From: an uncultured Bacillales bacterium
GTDB lineage: Bacteria > Bacillota_I > Bacilli_A > RFN20 > CAG-826
Reading direction: 5' to 3'
DNA: 48,188 bases
NCBI GenBank assembly: GCA_946414915.1
Contig: CAMKQK010000003.1
Location: 1 to 48,188 of the forward strand
The notes beneath the pieces were generated by a model. The model made no database searches. It was not told the origin of the DNA and saw nothing but the letters and a program-made list of their open reading frames with translations. Below are positions 9,104-18,956 of the stretch, in pieces. Each line of letters starts with the position of its first letter. The first letter of the stretch is position 1. Made by a program: the position numbers and the translations under genes.

Positions 9104-10114
9104 ATGTCCAGATTACTTGATGCAAATAGAAATAATAACGAAACTCAAGAAGAGCTTTCACTTAGACCACAAACTCTTGATGAATATGTCGGTCAAAAGG
9201 ACTTAAAGGCCAATCTTAAGGTTTTTATTGGTGCTGCTCTTCATAGAGATGAACCATTAGATCATATTCTTTTCTATGGCCCTCCAGGTTTAGGCAAAAC
9301 TACTTTAGCGTATGTCGTTGCTAATGAAATGCACGCGAACATTCATTTTGTGAATGGTCCGGCTTTAGAAAAACCAGGTGATTTAGGCGCTATTTTAAGC
9401 AATTTAAATAAAGATGGTGGAGATATCCTCTTCATTGATGAAATCCATAGACTTCCACGTATTGTGGAAGAAACGCTCTATAACGCCATGGAAGATTTTA
9501 AATTCTCTGTCGTTATTAACCGTGATACAAGCGCTAGAACATTAACCATTGATTTACCACCTTTCACACTCATTGGTGCAACTACTCGTGCAGGTAATCT
9601 GAGCGCGCCTTTAAGAAGTAGATTTGGTATCTCTGAAAAGCTTAACTTCTATGATATTGATGAATGCGTGAAGATTGTCAAAAGAACCGCCAGAGTTTTC
9701 AATACCACAATTGAAGATGCCGCGGCTTTAGAAATTGCAAAACGCTCACGTGGCACCCCACGTATTGCGAATAGATTATTTAGAAGAGTGCGTGACTTTG
9801 CTAACTATGCTGGTCAAGATCACATTACTATCAATGATGCTTTACAAGCATTAAAGGCCTTAAAAGTTGATGAATTAGGTCTTGATGATGTTGATATTAA
9901 ATACTTAAAAACCATCATTGAAAGATTCAAAGGTGGACCAGTTGGTTTAGATACATTAGCGAGCGCGATTGGTGAAGAAATAGACAACTTGGAAGATGTC
10001 TATGAACCTTACTTATTACAAATTGGGATGATCGATAGAACCGCAAGAGGTCGTGTCGCTACTGACAAAGCTTACAAGCACTTACAAATCAGTTATCAAA
10101 CAAAATTATTTTGA
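9104..10114 (+). CDS. ruvB: Holliday junction helicase subunit RuvB
   Basis: AAA+ Walker [10 protein letters not shown], Walker B ILFIDEIH, sensor/winged-helix C-terminus. Confidence 0.96.
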   Translation: MSRLLDANRNNNETQEELSLRPQTLDEYVGQKDLKANLKVFIGAALHRDEPLDHILFYGPPGLGKTTLAYVVANEMHANIHFVNGPALEKPGDLGAILSNLNKDGGDILFIDEIHRLPRIVEETLYNAMEDFKFSVVINRDTSARTLTIDLPPFTLIGATTRAGNLSAPLRSRFGISEKLNFYDIDECVKIVKRTARVFNTTIEDAAALEIAKRSRGTPRIANRLFRRVRDFANYAGQDHITINDALQALKALKVDELGLDDVDIKYLKTIIERFKGGPVGLDTLASAIGEEIDNLEDVYEPYLLQIGMIDRTARGRVATDKAYKHLQISYQTKLF

Positions 10115-10143
10115 TAATTTTATCTTAAATAGCCAAATTAATT

Positions 10144-10172
10144 GAACAAGAAATATCTTGTTCTTTTATTTT
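10144..10172 (+). terminator. Rho-independent terminator after ruvB
   Basis: Stem GAACAAG/CTTGTTC, loop AAATAT, then TTTTATTTT. Confidence 0.8.
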
Positions 10173-10194
10173 AGATTTTATCTATATAAAAATA

Positions 10195-10223
10195 TTGAAT
10201 TACTTATGTAATTAGGGTATATT
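10195..10223 (+). promoter_or_regulatory. Promoter of secDF
   Basis: TTGAAT, 17-nt spacer, TATATT. A 56-nt leader precedes the AGGAGG SD. Confidence 0.55.
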
Positions 10224-10279
10224 AGACAATGACGTCGCTTTGCGAGCGAATGCATACACACGTATTAGGAGGAATAAAT

Positions 10280-12946
10280 ATGCGTAGATTATGGTCACAT
10301 ATTATCATAGCGGCTACTTCGCTATTGATGGTTGGGGCAACATTTGCCACCGTAGTTACAAATATAAACAGTAATATCGAGTTCGAAAAAGGTCGTGAAT
10401 TAACTTTCCGTGTTGAAGCTAAAGACGCGGATGGTAATCCAGATAAAGAATATGTCTTTGCCGATACTACTGCTGTTAAAGAAACCGCAAAAATCATGGA
10501 AAAGAGATTAGCCGCTGCTAATATCTCCAGTTATAGAGTTGAGACACAAGATGTCGATACCATCAAAGTCACATTTGTGCAAGATACTGAACAACAATAT
10601 GAAATCATTCAAAACTATCTTTCATTCAATGCGACATTAGCCATTTCTAACTCTAAAGAAACTTATGCTTTGGCCACTGAATTCCTCGATCCAAACAAAA
10701 AAGCTTATTTAGAGACAACCCCAGAAGGTTATCCAGGTATCATTATCCCAATTAAGAAAGATAATGAATTATTCCAAGCTGTTTATACCGAAGCTAAGGA
10801 AATGAGTGATAACAACACTGGTGAAGTGGAAGAAGAACAAGAACACCAAGAGGGTGAAGAAGAGGAAGAAAAGAAAACACACGCTTACTTATACCTCTGG
10901 TACGACTACGTCGTTGACTATTATTCATACGATAAAATCAAACAAGGCGCTGAAACATTCGATCAAACAATCGCCAATAAAGTCTTAATGACATTTGATG
11001 CCGCCAATCCATTCCTCGATGACGATCAAGATGAATTAAGAGCTTATGTCCATCCAAGTGGCGATGAAGAAAATGCTGAAGTAACTCCAGAAGGCTTAAG
11101 AGAAGCTTACGAAAACGCCCGTTACTACGTTAACTTACTTAACGCTGGTGAAATGGAATATCATGTTGACTTCTTATTCTCTAAGAGAGCCAATTACTTC
11201 GTTGAAGGTTTAGTCGCTTTAGACGCTCATGAAACAGTTGCTTGGAGTAGAACATTCATTGCGACACTTTGTGCAATCGTTGTGGTCTCCTTATTACTCG
11301 TCTATTTCTTCAGATTAGGCGCTAGTGGTGTGGCTGTTACATCCATCGTCTCTACATTCTTTGGCTTATTATTTGTCGTCTTATTAGGCGCTGAATATAA
11401 CGTTGCAGGCTTAGTTGGTTTAATTGCCTTAGCCTTTGTAAGCGTTGCCTCTGGTGTCATCTATTTATCTAAGTTAAAAGAAGAATGCTACCGTGGTAGA
11501 ACACTTAAGAAAGCTAATGCTGAAGCTGCTAAAAAAGCTTTATTACCAACAGTCGACTTACACGTCGTCTTAATCGCAATCGGCGTTGCCTGCTACTTAC
11601 TAGGTGGCGTTGTGATGAAATCATTCGCTGTTGTCTCCATCTTAGGCGGCATTGCTTCCTTATTATTAAATCTTCTCGGTTTACGTGGCTTAGAATGGCT
11701 CATGACAAACGAACAATCATTCGCTGGCCGTTATGATTTATTCGATGTCAGTGCTGATCAAGTTGCTGATGGTTTAGATGAAAGCAAAGCCAAATACGAA
11801 GGTCCTAACGCTGATAAAGACTTCACCAAACGTCGTAAGCCAGTTGCTATTTGTGCTGCTGCCTTATTAGTGGCTAGTGTTACTACATTAATCATCTTTG
11901 GTATCAAAGATAAAGGTGCAGTTTATAGTTCCACATCTCCATACGCTAACAGCCAAGTTTATGTGGAATACAAATCCGAAACAAGCAATAACACAGCATT
12001 AACTGCTGATGTTAAAGAAAAAGTTGATGATATCTTAAACAAAGCTACATTAGGTAAAGATGCGTTTAAGAATATCGTTGAAGTTGAAACATTTGACTAT
12101 GTCACAAAGATTGATACCACCAAATCTGGTAACGTCACTGCTTACTATGCTTACTATCGTTTAACATTCGATAGACCATTAACTGGCGAAGAAGAAGTGA
12201 CATATGATGGTACAAAGATGACCGTCGCTAGATTCTTCTCTGATGAAGGTTTATCTGATGCTAGCATCACCTTACCAAATAACGTTGATATCTCTTTAAA
12301 GAATAGTGTGAGAGTCAACGCTGACCAACCAGCCTTTGGTCCAATCGCCTTAGCAACTGCTGTTGGTATCGCCATCTCCGCTGTCTATCTCTTATTAAGA
12401 TATAGATTAAGCCGTGGCTTAGCTAACTTAATCGTCGCTGCTGGCGCAACTGCCATCTCCGCTGGCTTATTAAGTATGGCGCACTTCATTCAAGCGACAT
12501 CTTATGTTTCTGTGGCGGTGCCATTTGTCGCTATCTTCACATTAACAATTGCTATCATCTTAATGAATAGAGAAAGAGAGCTCGTTCTTGAAGATCGTAG
12601 TAAAGATAATTCTGTTGAAAACAGAAAAGCACTCATGGTTAAAGCTACAGCGTTAGCTTCTACACCAATTACCATTACATTTATTATCGCCTTATATCTC
12701 GGCGTTAACTTCTTCGGCTTCATGATGACACCAATTAGTTGGATCTTCCTAGTCATCTTCTTAGGCGCGATTATCTCAACCGCCATTGTCCTTGTGACAT
12801 TTGGTCCATTAGCCCAAGTCTTCTACAAGCTATTCTCTGGCGTGAAGATTATTAAGCCAAAAGCCAAGAAAAAGAAAGCACGTCCAGTTCGTGCTAATAA
12901 ATCTGCAGAACCAGAAGAAGCAATCTTTATTGGTATTAACGATTAA
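10280..12946 (+). CDS. secDF: Fused protein-export membrane protein SecDF
   Basis: Start set at the ATG at 10280 (MRRLWSH, AGGAGG SD 7 nt upstream) rather than 10229. TM1, large periplasmic-type head, 5 TM, second head, 5-6 TM. ruvAB-secDF-recJ synteny as in Bacillus. Confidence 0.85.
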   Translation: MRRLWSHIIIAATSLLMVGATFATVVTNINSNIEFEKGRELTFRVEAKDADGNPDKEYVFADTTAVKETAKIMEKRLAAANISSYRVETQDVDTIKVTFVQDTEQQYEIIQNYLSFNATLAISNSKETYALATEFLDPNKKAYLETTPEGYPGIIIPIKKDNELFQAVYTEAKEMSDNNTGEVEEEQEHQEGEEEEEKKTHAYLYLWYDYVVDYYSYDKIKQGAETFDQTIANKVLMTFDAANPFLDDDQDELRAYVHPSGDEENAEVTPEGLREAYENARYYVNLLNAGEMEYHVDFLFSKRANYFVEGLVALDAHETVAWSRTFIATLCAIVVVSLLLVYFFRLGASGVAVTSIVSTFFGLLFVVLLGAEYNVAGLVGLIALAFVSVASGVIYLSKLKEECYRGRTLKKANAEAAKKALLPTVDLHVVLIAIGVACYLLGGVVMKSFAVVSILGGIASLLLNLLGLRGLEWLMTNEQSFAGRYDLFDVSADQVADGLDESKAKYEGPNADKDFTKRRKPVAICAAALLVASVTTLIIFGIKDKGAVYSSTSPYANSQVYVEYKSETSNNTALTADVKEKVDDILNKATLGKDAFKNIVEVETFDYVTKIDTTKSGNVTAYYAYYRLTFDRPLTGEEEVTYDGTKMTVARFFSDEGLSDASITLPNNVDISLKNSVRVNADQPAFGPIALATAVGIAISAVYLLLRYRLSRGLANLIVAAGATAISAGLLSMAHFIQATSYVSVAVPFVAIFTLTIAIILMNRERELVLEDRSKDNSVENRKALMVKATALASTPITITFIIALYLGVNFFGFMMTPISWIFLVIFLGAIISTAIVLVTFGPLAQVFYKLFSGVKIIKPKAKKKKARPVRANKSAEPEEAIFIGIND

Positions 12947-12952
12947 TTTATA

Positions 12953-12981
12953 AGGCTGCTTTAAAAAGCGGCCTTTATTTT
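12953..12981 (+). terminator. Rho-independent terminator after secDF
   Basis: Stem AGGCTGC/GCGGCCT (one G-U pair), 8-nt loop, then TTTATTTT. Confidence 0.65.
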
Positions 12982-12994
12982 ATAAAATTTATTT

Positions 12995-14560
12995 ATGGAA
13001 CAATTATTTAAACGTCTCTTAGAATACTATCAAATCACGGAAGAAGATTATCAAAAGCTTATCGCTCCAGTTGATGAGAATAATTTCGCGATGGGTCATA
13101 GTTTTAAAGATATCGATAAATGTGTCGAAGTGGTGAAAAACGCTATCGCGCAAAATAAGAAAATATTTATCTATGGTGACTATGACTGTGATGGCATCAT
13201 GTCCATCTCCATCTTAGTCAAAATGTTTAGCTATATTAACTATCCTGTTGATTACCATGTTCCAAGCCGTTATTTAGATGGTTATGGCTTAACCCTCAAA
13301 TACGCTGAAGAATTAGTGAACGAAGGATATGGCTTACTCATTACCGTCGATAATGGTATTACCGCTTTCGAGGGCATTGAATACGCTAAAAAACATGGCC
13401 TAGATGTTTTAATCTTTGATCACCATCAAGCGGATGAAACTTTACCAGTTGCTGATTATATTCTTCACCCAGTCGTTTCCAATTTTGGTGAAGTTGCTAC
13501 TAGTGCCGGTTTTGTGACATTCATGTTCGCTAAAGAATTCTTAGGTCATTACGATAAGTATCTAGCAACGCTAGCGGCTATTTCTGTGGTCTCTGATATG
13601 ATGCCTCTTAGAGAATATAACCGTAATCTTCTTAGACTTGTCATTAGTGAGTATGAAGATGGTGAATTCTTCAATATCGACTTATTAAAAGAAAAAGAAC
13701 CATTCACCGAAACCGCGATTGGCATGAAAATCGCCCCAAAAGTCAACGCTGTTGGACGTTTGATTGAAGATGAGGATTCTCTTAAGAAGACTGTCGAATT
13801 CTTCACCAAAGACGATAAAAACCTTCTTTTAAACTACAATGAGTGGATTAATTCCGTGAACAATGAGCGTAAAGACCTCACTAAGATTGCGGTAGAAAAC
13901 GCTAAAGACATCGATACTTCTAAAGATTCCATCATCGCGGTGATTAATGAAAAGGAAGGTGTCATCGGTTTAATCGCTAATTACTTTGCCAAAAAGTATC
14001 ATAAGCCAACCATCATCTTTGCCTTAGATCAAAGTGGTGATGTTTATAAAGGCTCTTGTAGAGCGCCTAAAGGCTTTAATGTCGTTGACGCTTTTAACGC
14101 ATTAGAGAGATTTATGTTGACCGCTGGCGGACACGCTTCCGCGGGCGGTTGCTCTGTTAAAAAAGAGCTCTTCGAAGAATTCAAAGTGGCCTTTGATGAA
14201 CTAGCCAAGAACGCCGTCATTGATGAAGGCGAAGAAGAAACAATACCAATGTTTATTAACGACATTAACCGTGAAAACTACGATTTAGTGCAATCATTTT
14301 CTCCTTTTGGAGAAACATGGCCTGCTCCTCGCTTTAAACTTTCACGCATTAGAACACAATCCTTAATGTATTCACGTGATACTCAACATATCTTAACTAG
14401 TATCGGTCAAACCTCACGTTTAACTGGCTTCTATTTCCCAAAAGATAAAGTCTCTTTATATCAATACGTGGATATGATTGGTACCTTGCGTTTATCTACC
14501 TACTACACAAAGACAACAGTGGAATTCCTCATTAGTGATATTTCTATGAGCGAAAAATAG
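12995..14560 (+). CDS. recJ: Single-stranded-DNA exonuclease RecJ (short form)
   Basis: DHH motifs DYDCDG, TVDNG, FDHHQ. DHHA1 motif GGHASAGG. No SD upstream. Confidence 0.9.
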   Translation: MEQLFKRLLEYYQITEEDYQKLIAPVDENNFAMGHSFKDIDKCVEVVKNAIAQNKKIFIYGDYDCDGIMSISILVKMFSYINYPVDYHVPSRYLDGYGLTLKYAEELVNEGYGLLITVDNGITAFEGIEYAKKHGLDVLIFDHHQADETLPVADYILHPVVSNFGEVATSAGFVTFMFAKEFLGHYDKYLATLAAISVVSDMMPLREYNRNLLRLVISEYEDGEFFNIDLLKEKEPFTETAIGMKIAPKVNAVGRLIEDEDSLKKTVEFFTKDDKNLLLNYNEWINSVNNERKDLTKIAVENAKDIDTSKDSIIAVINEKEGVIGLIANYFAKKYHKPTIIFALDQSGDVYKGSCRAPKGFNVVDAFNALERFMLTAGGHASAGGCSVKKELFEEFKVAFDELAKNAVIDEGEEETIPMFINDINRENYDLVQSFSPFGETWPAPRFKLSRIRTQSLMYSRDTQHILTSIGQTSRLTGFYFPKDKVSLYQYVDMIGTLRLSTYYTKTTVEFLISDISMSEK

Positions 14561-14582
14561 CAAACTGTGTCATAATGTTTCT

Positions 14583-15242
14583 ATGAAAAATAATCGTTTG
14601 TTAGTCATTCCTATGGTTTTTATGCTTGCTGGTTGTCAACAAGTCGATTTTGGTTACACCCAAGTCTCTCACGATAAAGGCTGGGAGTATTCTAGTGACA
14701 TGACTAGTCAACCAAAAACCGCTGATTCGTATTCATATCGTCAAAATGATACGTTAGATAATTCTGGCTTAACTACTGCTAACTTAACTTTTGTAGGAAT
14801 TACAACTTCAGAAACAAACGTTCAAGACATCGAAAAAATCAAATCTTTTATCAATATTGATAAAGAGATCTTAGAAAATATTGAAAACCCACTTTATTTC
14901 AGCACTAAGCAAGATGGTTTTGCTTTCTTAGGCGCTGATTCAAGTTATGTCGACGGGGAGATTACCTTAATCTTTACTCAAGACATCAAAAATATCGAAA
15001 TTACCGCTAAACCATATAACTATGTTAAATCATCATTCGAAGAGACGTTCATCGTTGATGAGAATATCGCTTTAAGCGTTAATGATTCTGGTTACATTAA
15101 ACTAGAGAGAAACATTAATGAAGAAGCCCAAACTGTTGATTCATCAACATGCTCCTTCCATCTTGCCACTCCTAGTAAGTCCATTCGTATAAAAGCTGGA
15201 CCAGATCGCGCTATTTTAGAAAAAATTGTCCTATATTATTAA
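14583..15242 (+). CDS. Lipoprotein, unknown function
   Basis: Signal peptide with lipobox MVFMLAG-C. No recognisable domain. No SD upstream. Confidence 0.7.
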   Translation: MKNNRLLVIPMVFMLAGCQQVDFGYTQVSHDKGWEYSSDMTSQPKTADSYSYRQNDTLDNSGLTTANLTFVGITTSETNVQDIEKIKSFINIDKEILENIENPLYFSTKQDGFAFLGADSSYVDGEITLIFTQDIKNIEITAKPYNYVKSSFEETFIVDENIALSVNDSGYIKLERNINEEAQTVDSSTCSFHLATPSKSIRIKAGPDRAILEKIVLYY

Positions 15243-15331
15243 ATATTTGGACAACATCTTAAAATAAAAACGCTTTTCAGTGTTATTTTAACATTCTTAC
15301 ATGTTAATATTTATTGCAACGAGAACCTACT

Positions 15332-17131
15332 ATGCTATTCGGAAAGTACATTAATCGTTATTATCTCAAATACGCACCGTTATTCATCATCGGCATCATT
15401 GCCTTGATAGCGGTGGATTTTGTGCAGCTTTACATTCCACAGTATTTAGGCGAAGTCGTTGATATCTTACAAAATAATGGTGATACCGTAAAGATTGGCA
15501 TCTTGGCTTTAAAGGTATTAGGCGTTGCCGGAATCATGTTCATCGGTCGATTCATTTGGCGTGTCACTTTAATTAACGCTGGTTTTAAAATCGAAGCCGA
15601 TCTCCGTCATAAAATGTTCTTAAAAGCCGAGGCTTTACCAAGAGAGTATTATCATGATAATAAAGTTGGCTCAATCATGAGTTGGTTCACTAATGACTTA
15701 GAAACTATTTCTGAGTGTATGCAGTGGGGTATAATCATGATTTTCGATGCCTTATTCTTAAGTACAATTACCATTATCCAAATGCTCAGATTAGACGTCG
15801 CGATGTCTTTAATCTGCTTCGTGCCAATTGTCTTAATCATCATTTGGGGCGCAATTACTGAAAAATTCATGACTATCAAATGGGATCAAAGACAAAAAGC
15901 CTATGACTCCTTATACGATTTCGCACAAGAAAACTTTACTGGTATTCGTGTCATTAAAGCCTTTGTTAAGGAAACAAAAGAAATCCATGCATTCGCTAAA
16001 GTGGCAAGAAAGAATGCTGATGTAAATATCTCATTTGCGCGGATTTCCGTTATTTTCGATGTCTTCATTGAAGTCATTATCGTTTTGATTATTTCCATCA
16101 CCATGCTCTTTGGTGGTTGGTTTGTCTATAGTTTTGTAAGAAATGAACCAATTATCATGTTTGGGGGAGCAATTGAATTAACTGCTGCTAAATTAACAAC
16201 ATTTATTGGTTACATTGATATTTTGATTTGGCCAATGATTGCCATGGGTCAAATCGTCAGCATGCTCTCTAGAAGCAAAGCTTCTTTAAAACGTATTAGC
16301 GCTTTCCTTGATACTGAAATACGCGTTAAATCACCGATAAACGCGATTAAACTCGATCGTGTGAGAGGTGACATTACTTATCGTAACTTCAATTTCCAAT
16401 ATCCAAACTACGAAGCAATTAACTTAAAAAATATCAATCTTGAAATCAAAGCCGGTGAAAGAATTGGTATTGTCGGTAAGATTGGTGGTGGTAAGACCAC
16501 TTTAGTTAATCTTCTCTTAATGCTTTATAATGTCGAACCTGGCACTTTATTTATCGATGGCTATGACATTATGTCTTTAGACATCCATTCATTAAGAGAA
16601 CAGATTGCCTATGTCCCACAAGACAATTTCCTTTTCTCTGATTCCATTGAACACAATATCAACTTTGGTATTGAAGGTGGTACAGAAGAAACTGCGAGAA
16701 TGGGCGCTGTATTCGCTGGTATTGATGAAGACGTTAAGGGCTTCAAGACTGGTTATCAAACAGTGTCTGGAGAAAGAGGCGTTACACTTTCAGGTGGGCA
16801 AAAGCAAAGAATCAGTATCGCTAGAGCTTACGTTAAAGACGCGCCAATTTTAATCATGGATGACTCGGTTAGCGCTGTTGACACCAAAACCGAAGAAACA
16901 ATTCTACGTAATATTAGTGAAGAAAGAAAAGGCAAAACCACTTTAGTGGTTGCCTCACGTGTTTCTACTGTTCAACACTTGGATAAAATCATTGTTTTAA
17001 ATGATGGTGAAGTAGAAGCCTTTGATACACCAAAGAACTTATTAAAGATTTCACCAACCTATCAAAAGATGGTGACCTTACAAGAATTAGAGAGAGAAGT
17101 GGAAGGAGGTAAACCTGATGGCGGAAGATAA
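15332..17131 (+). CDS. ABC exporter permease/ATPase, subunit with degenerate ATP site
   Basis: 6-TM domain plus NBD. Walker A GKIGGGKTT, signature LSGGQ, Walker B ILIMDD-S (Asp replaces catalytic Glu), H-loop His replaced (VVASRVST). Start taken as the ATG at 15332; the TTG at 15314 is possible. Confidence 0.88.
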   Translation: MLFGKYINRYYLKYAPLFIIGIIALIAVDFVQLYIPQYLGEVVDILQNNGDTVKIGILALKVLGVAGIMFIGRFIWRVTLINAGFKIEADLRHKMFLKAEALPREYYHDNKVGSIMSWFTNDLETISECMQWGIIMIFDALFLSTITIIQMLRLDVAMSLICFVPIVLIIIWGAITEKFMTIKWDQRQKAYDSLYDFAQENFTGIRVIKAFVKETKEIHAFAKVARKNADVNISFARISVIFDVFIEVIIVLIISITMLFGGWFVYSFVRNEPIIMFGGAIELTAAKLTTFIGYIDILIWPMIAMGQIVSMLSRSKASLKRISAFLDTEIRVKSPINAIKLDRVRGDITYRNFNFQYPNYEAINLKNINLEIKAGERIGIVGKIGGGKTTLVNLLLMLYNVEPGTLFIDGYDIMSLDIHSLREQIAYVPQDNFLFSDSIEHNINFGIEGGTEETARMGAVFAGIDEDVKGFKTGYQTVSGERGVTLSGGQKQRISIARAYVKDAPILIMDDSVSAVDTKTEETILRNISEERKGKTTLVVASRVSTVQHLDKIIVLNDGEVEAFDTPKNLLKISPTYQKMVTLQELEREVEGGKPDGGR

Positions 17132-18881
17132 TGAAAAGCTTTTTGGCGACCATAAGATTCCTACAAAAGTGATGTTTAAGCGTTTACTTCGTTACATTCG
17201 TCCAGAATGGAAGGCTTTCCTATTCTCTTTCCTTTTGATCATCCTCAATGTTGGCTTTGAAGTCATTACTCCTTTATTTATTAAAGAATTCACTAACGCG
17301 ATTGCTGATACTAATGTGACTTTAGCCTATATCGTGGGCTTATCGATTGGTTATTTTGTAGTGAGCTTTGTTTCACAAATCATGATTTATTTTGAAAGCA
17401 TGCTTTTGCAAAAGGCTGGTCAAAGAATTGTTTATAAACTCCGTATGGAAGTCTTTGAACATATTGAAAACATGTCACAAAATCAGTTCAATATGATGCC
17501 AGTTGGCTCTTTAGTTACTAGAGTGGCTAACTACACAACCGCATTAAGTGATTTATTCACTAATGTCTTAGTCTTATTACTACGTAATATTTTGACTGTT
17601 ATTGGTGTTTACGCAGTGATGTTATTCCTCTCATGGAAGTTATCATTAATCCTCTTTGGATTTGTGATTTTAGTCTTTGCTGCATCCTTACTCTTTAGAA
17701 ATATCATCACAAAGATCTACCGTAAAGAAAGACAGCTTACTTCTGACCTTAACACCTTCTTAAATGAGAACCTTTCTGGTATGAAGATTATTCAAATCTT
17801 TAACCAAGAGAAACGTAAAGAAAATGAGTTTAATGAAAAGAACGAGGCATTAAGAAAGACAAAGTTCAATGCAATTCTAGCACACGCTGTTTATAGACCA
17901 GCGATTAACTTCTTATACTATTCCGCATTAGCGGTAACCTTTGTCGTGGGCTTATGGCTCAAGTTAGACGCTGGTGAAATAGTGGCCTTCTATCTCTTCT
18001 TATCGAGATTCTTTAACCCAGTGCAAACAATCGCCGATCAAATCAATCAAATTCAAAAAGCCACAACTTCTAGCGAGAGATTATTTAACCTTCTTGACGT
18101 ACCACCAGAAGTTGTTGATAAACCACATCCAATCAAGATGGAAACATTTAATGGCAAGATTGAATTCCGTAATGTTTGGTTCGCTTACGAAGGTGAAGAT
18201 TGGATCCTTAAGAACGTCTCATTTGTTATCGAACCACGTCAAACTGTAGCCTTTGTCGGCGCGACTGGCGCTGGTAAAACCACAATTCTATCTTTGATAG
18301 TGAGAAATTACACAGTTCAAAGAGGTCAAATCTTGATTGATGATGTCGATATTAACGATATTGAGATTAAGTCATTAAGAAAAGCGGTTGGACAAATGCT
18401 CCAAGATGTTTTCCTCTTTACTGGCACAATCAAGAGCAATATTACCCTTCATGACGACAACTATAGTGATGAAGAAATTAATAGAGTATGCGAATATGTA
18501 AACGCTGATAAGTTCATCAATAAATTAGAAAAAGGCATCAATACCGAAGTCTTAGAAAAGGGTGATAATTTCTCTCAAGGTCAAAGACAACTTCTTTCAT
18601 TTGCAAGAACAGTTTTACATAAACCTCAAATTCTCATTCTTGATGAAGCCACCGCGAATATTGATACAGAGACTGAAAAACTCATTCAAGATTCTTTAGA
18701 AAAGATTAAAAACATTGGCACAATGCTTGTCGTGGCTCATAGATTATCAACGATTCAAAACGCTGATCAGATTATTGTTTTACAACACGGCGAAGTCATT
18801 GAAAAAGGCACGCATCAATCACTTTTAAAGCAAAAAGGTTATTACCACAAACTTTATCTTTTGCAGTTCACAAATGACTAG
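17118..18881 (+). CDS. ABC exporter permease/ATPase, subunit with consensus ATP site
   Basis: Walker A GATGAGKTT, Walker B ILILDEAT, H-loop VVAHRLST, but degenerate signature FSQGQ. 14-nt overlap with the upstream partner. Confidence 0.9.
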   Translation: MAEDNEKLFGDHKIPTKVMFKRLLRYIRPEWKAFLFSFLLIILNVGFEVITPLFIKEFTNAIADTNVTLAYIVGLSIGYFVVSFVSQIMIYFESMLLQKAGQRIVYKLRMEVFEHIENMSQNQFNMMPVGSLVTRVANYTTALSDLFTNVLVLLLRNILTVIGVYAVMLFLSWKLSLILFGFVILVFAASLLFRNIITKIYRKERQLTSDLNTFLNENLSGMKIIQIFNQEKRKENEFNEKNEALRKTKFNAILAHAVYRPAINFLYYSALAVTFVVGLWLKLDAGEIVAFYLFLSRFFNPVQTIADQINQIQKATTSSERLFNLLDVPPEVVDKPHPIKMETFNGKIEFRNVWFAYEGEDWILKNVSFVIEPRQTVAFVGATGAGKTTILSLIVRNYTVQRGQILIDDVDINDIEIKSLRKAVGQMLQDVFLFTGTIKSNITLHDDNYSDEEINRVCEYVNADKFINKLEKGINTEVLEKGDNFSQGQRQLLSFARTVLHKPQILILDEATANIDTETEKLIQDSLEKIKNIGTMLVVAHRLSTIQNADQIIVLQHGEVIEKGTHQSLLKQKGYYHKLYLLQFTND

Positions 18882-18956
18882 TTTGATACCCCTTTATTAA
18901 TATAATCTCTTTAATTTTCTTGAGAAAAGTAAAGAAAAAGGGTTAAGATATAGGGT

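Noticed and set aside
10229-10279. Longer N-terminal extensions given by the ORF track (secDF 10229, hisS 21139, prp 5675, efp 42926, rpmG 43842, nfo 45826, ABC 15314)
   Set aside because: Internal ATGs with proper SDs and family-typical N-termini are better starts. The upstream extensions overlap preceding genes or leaders.
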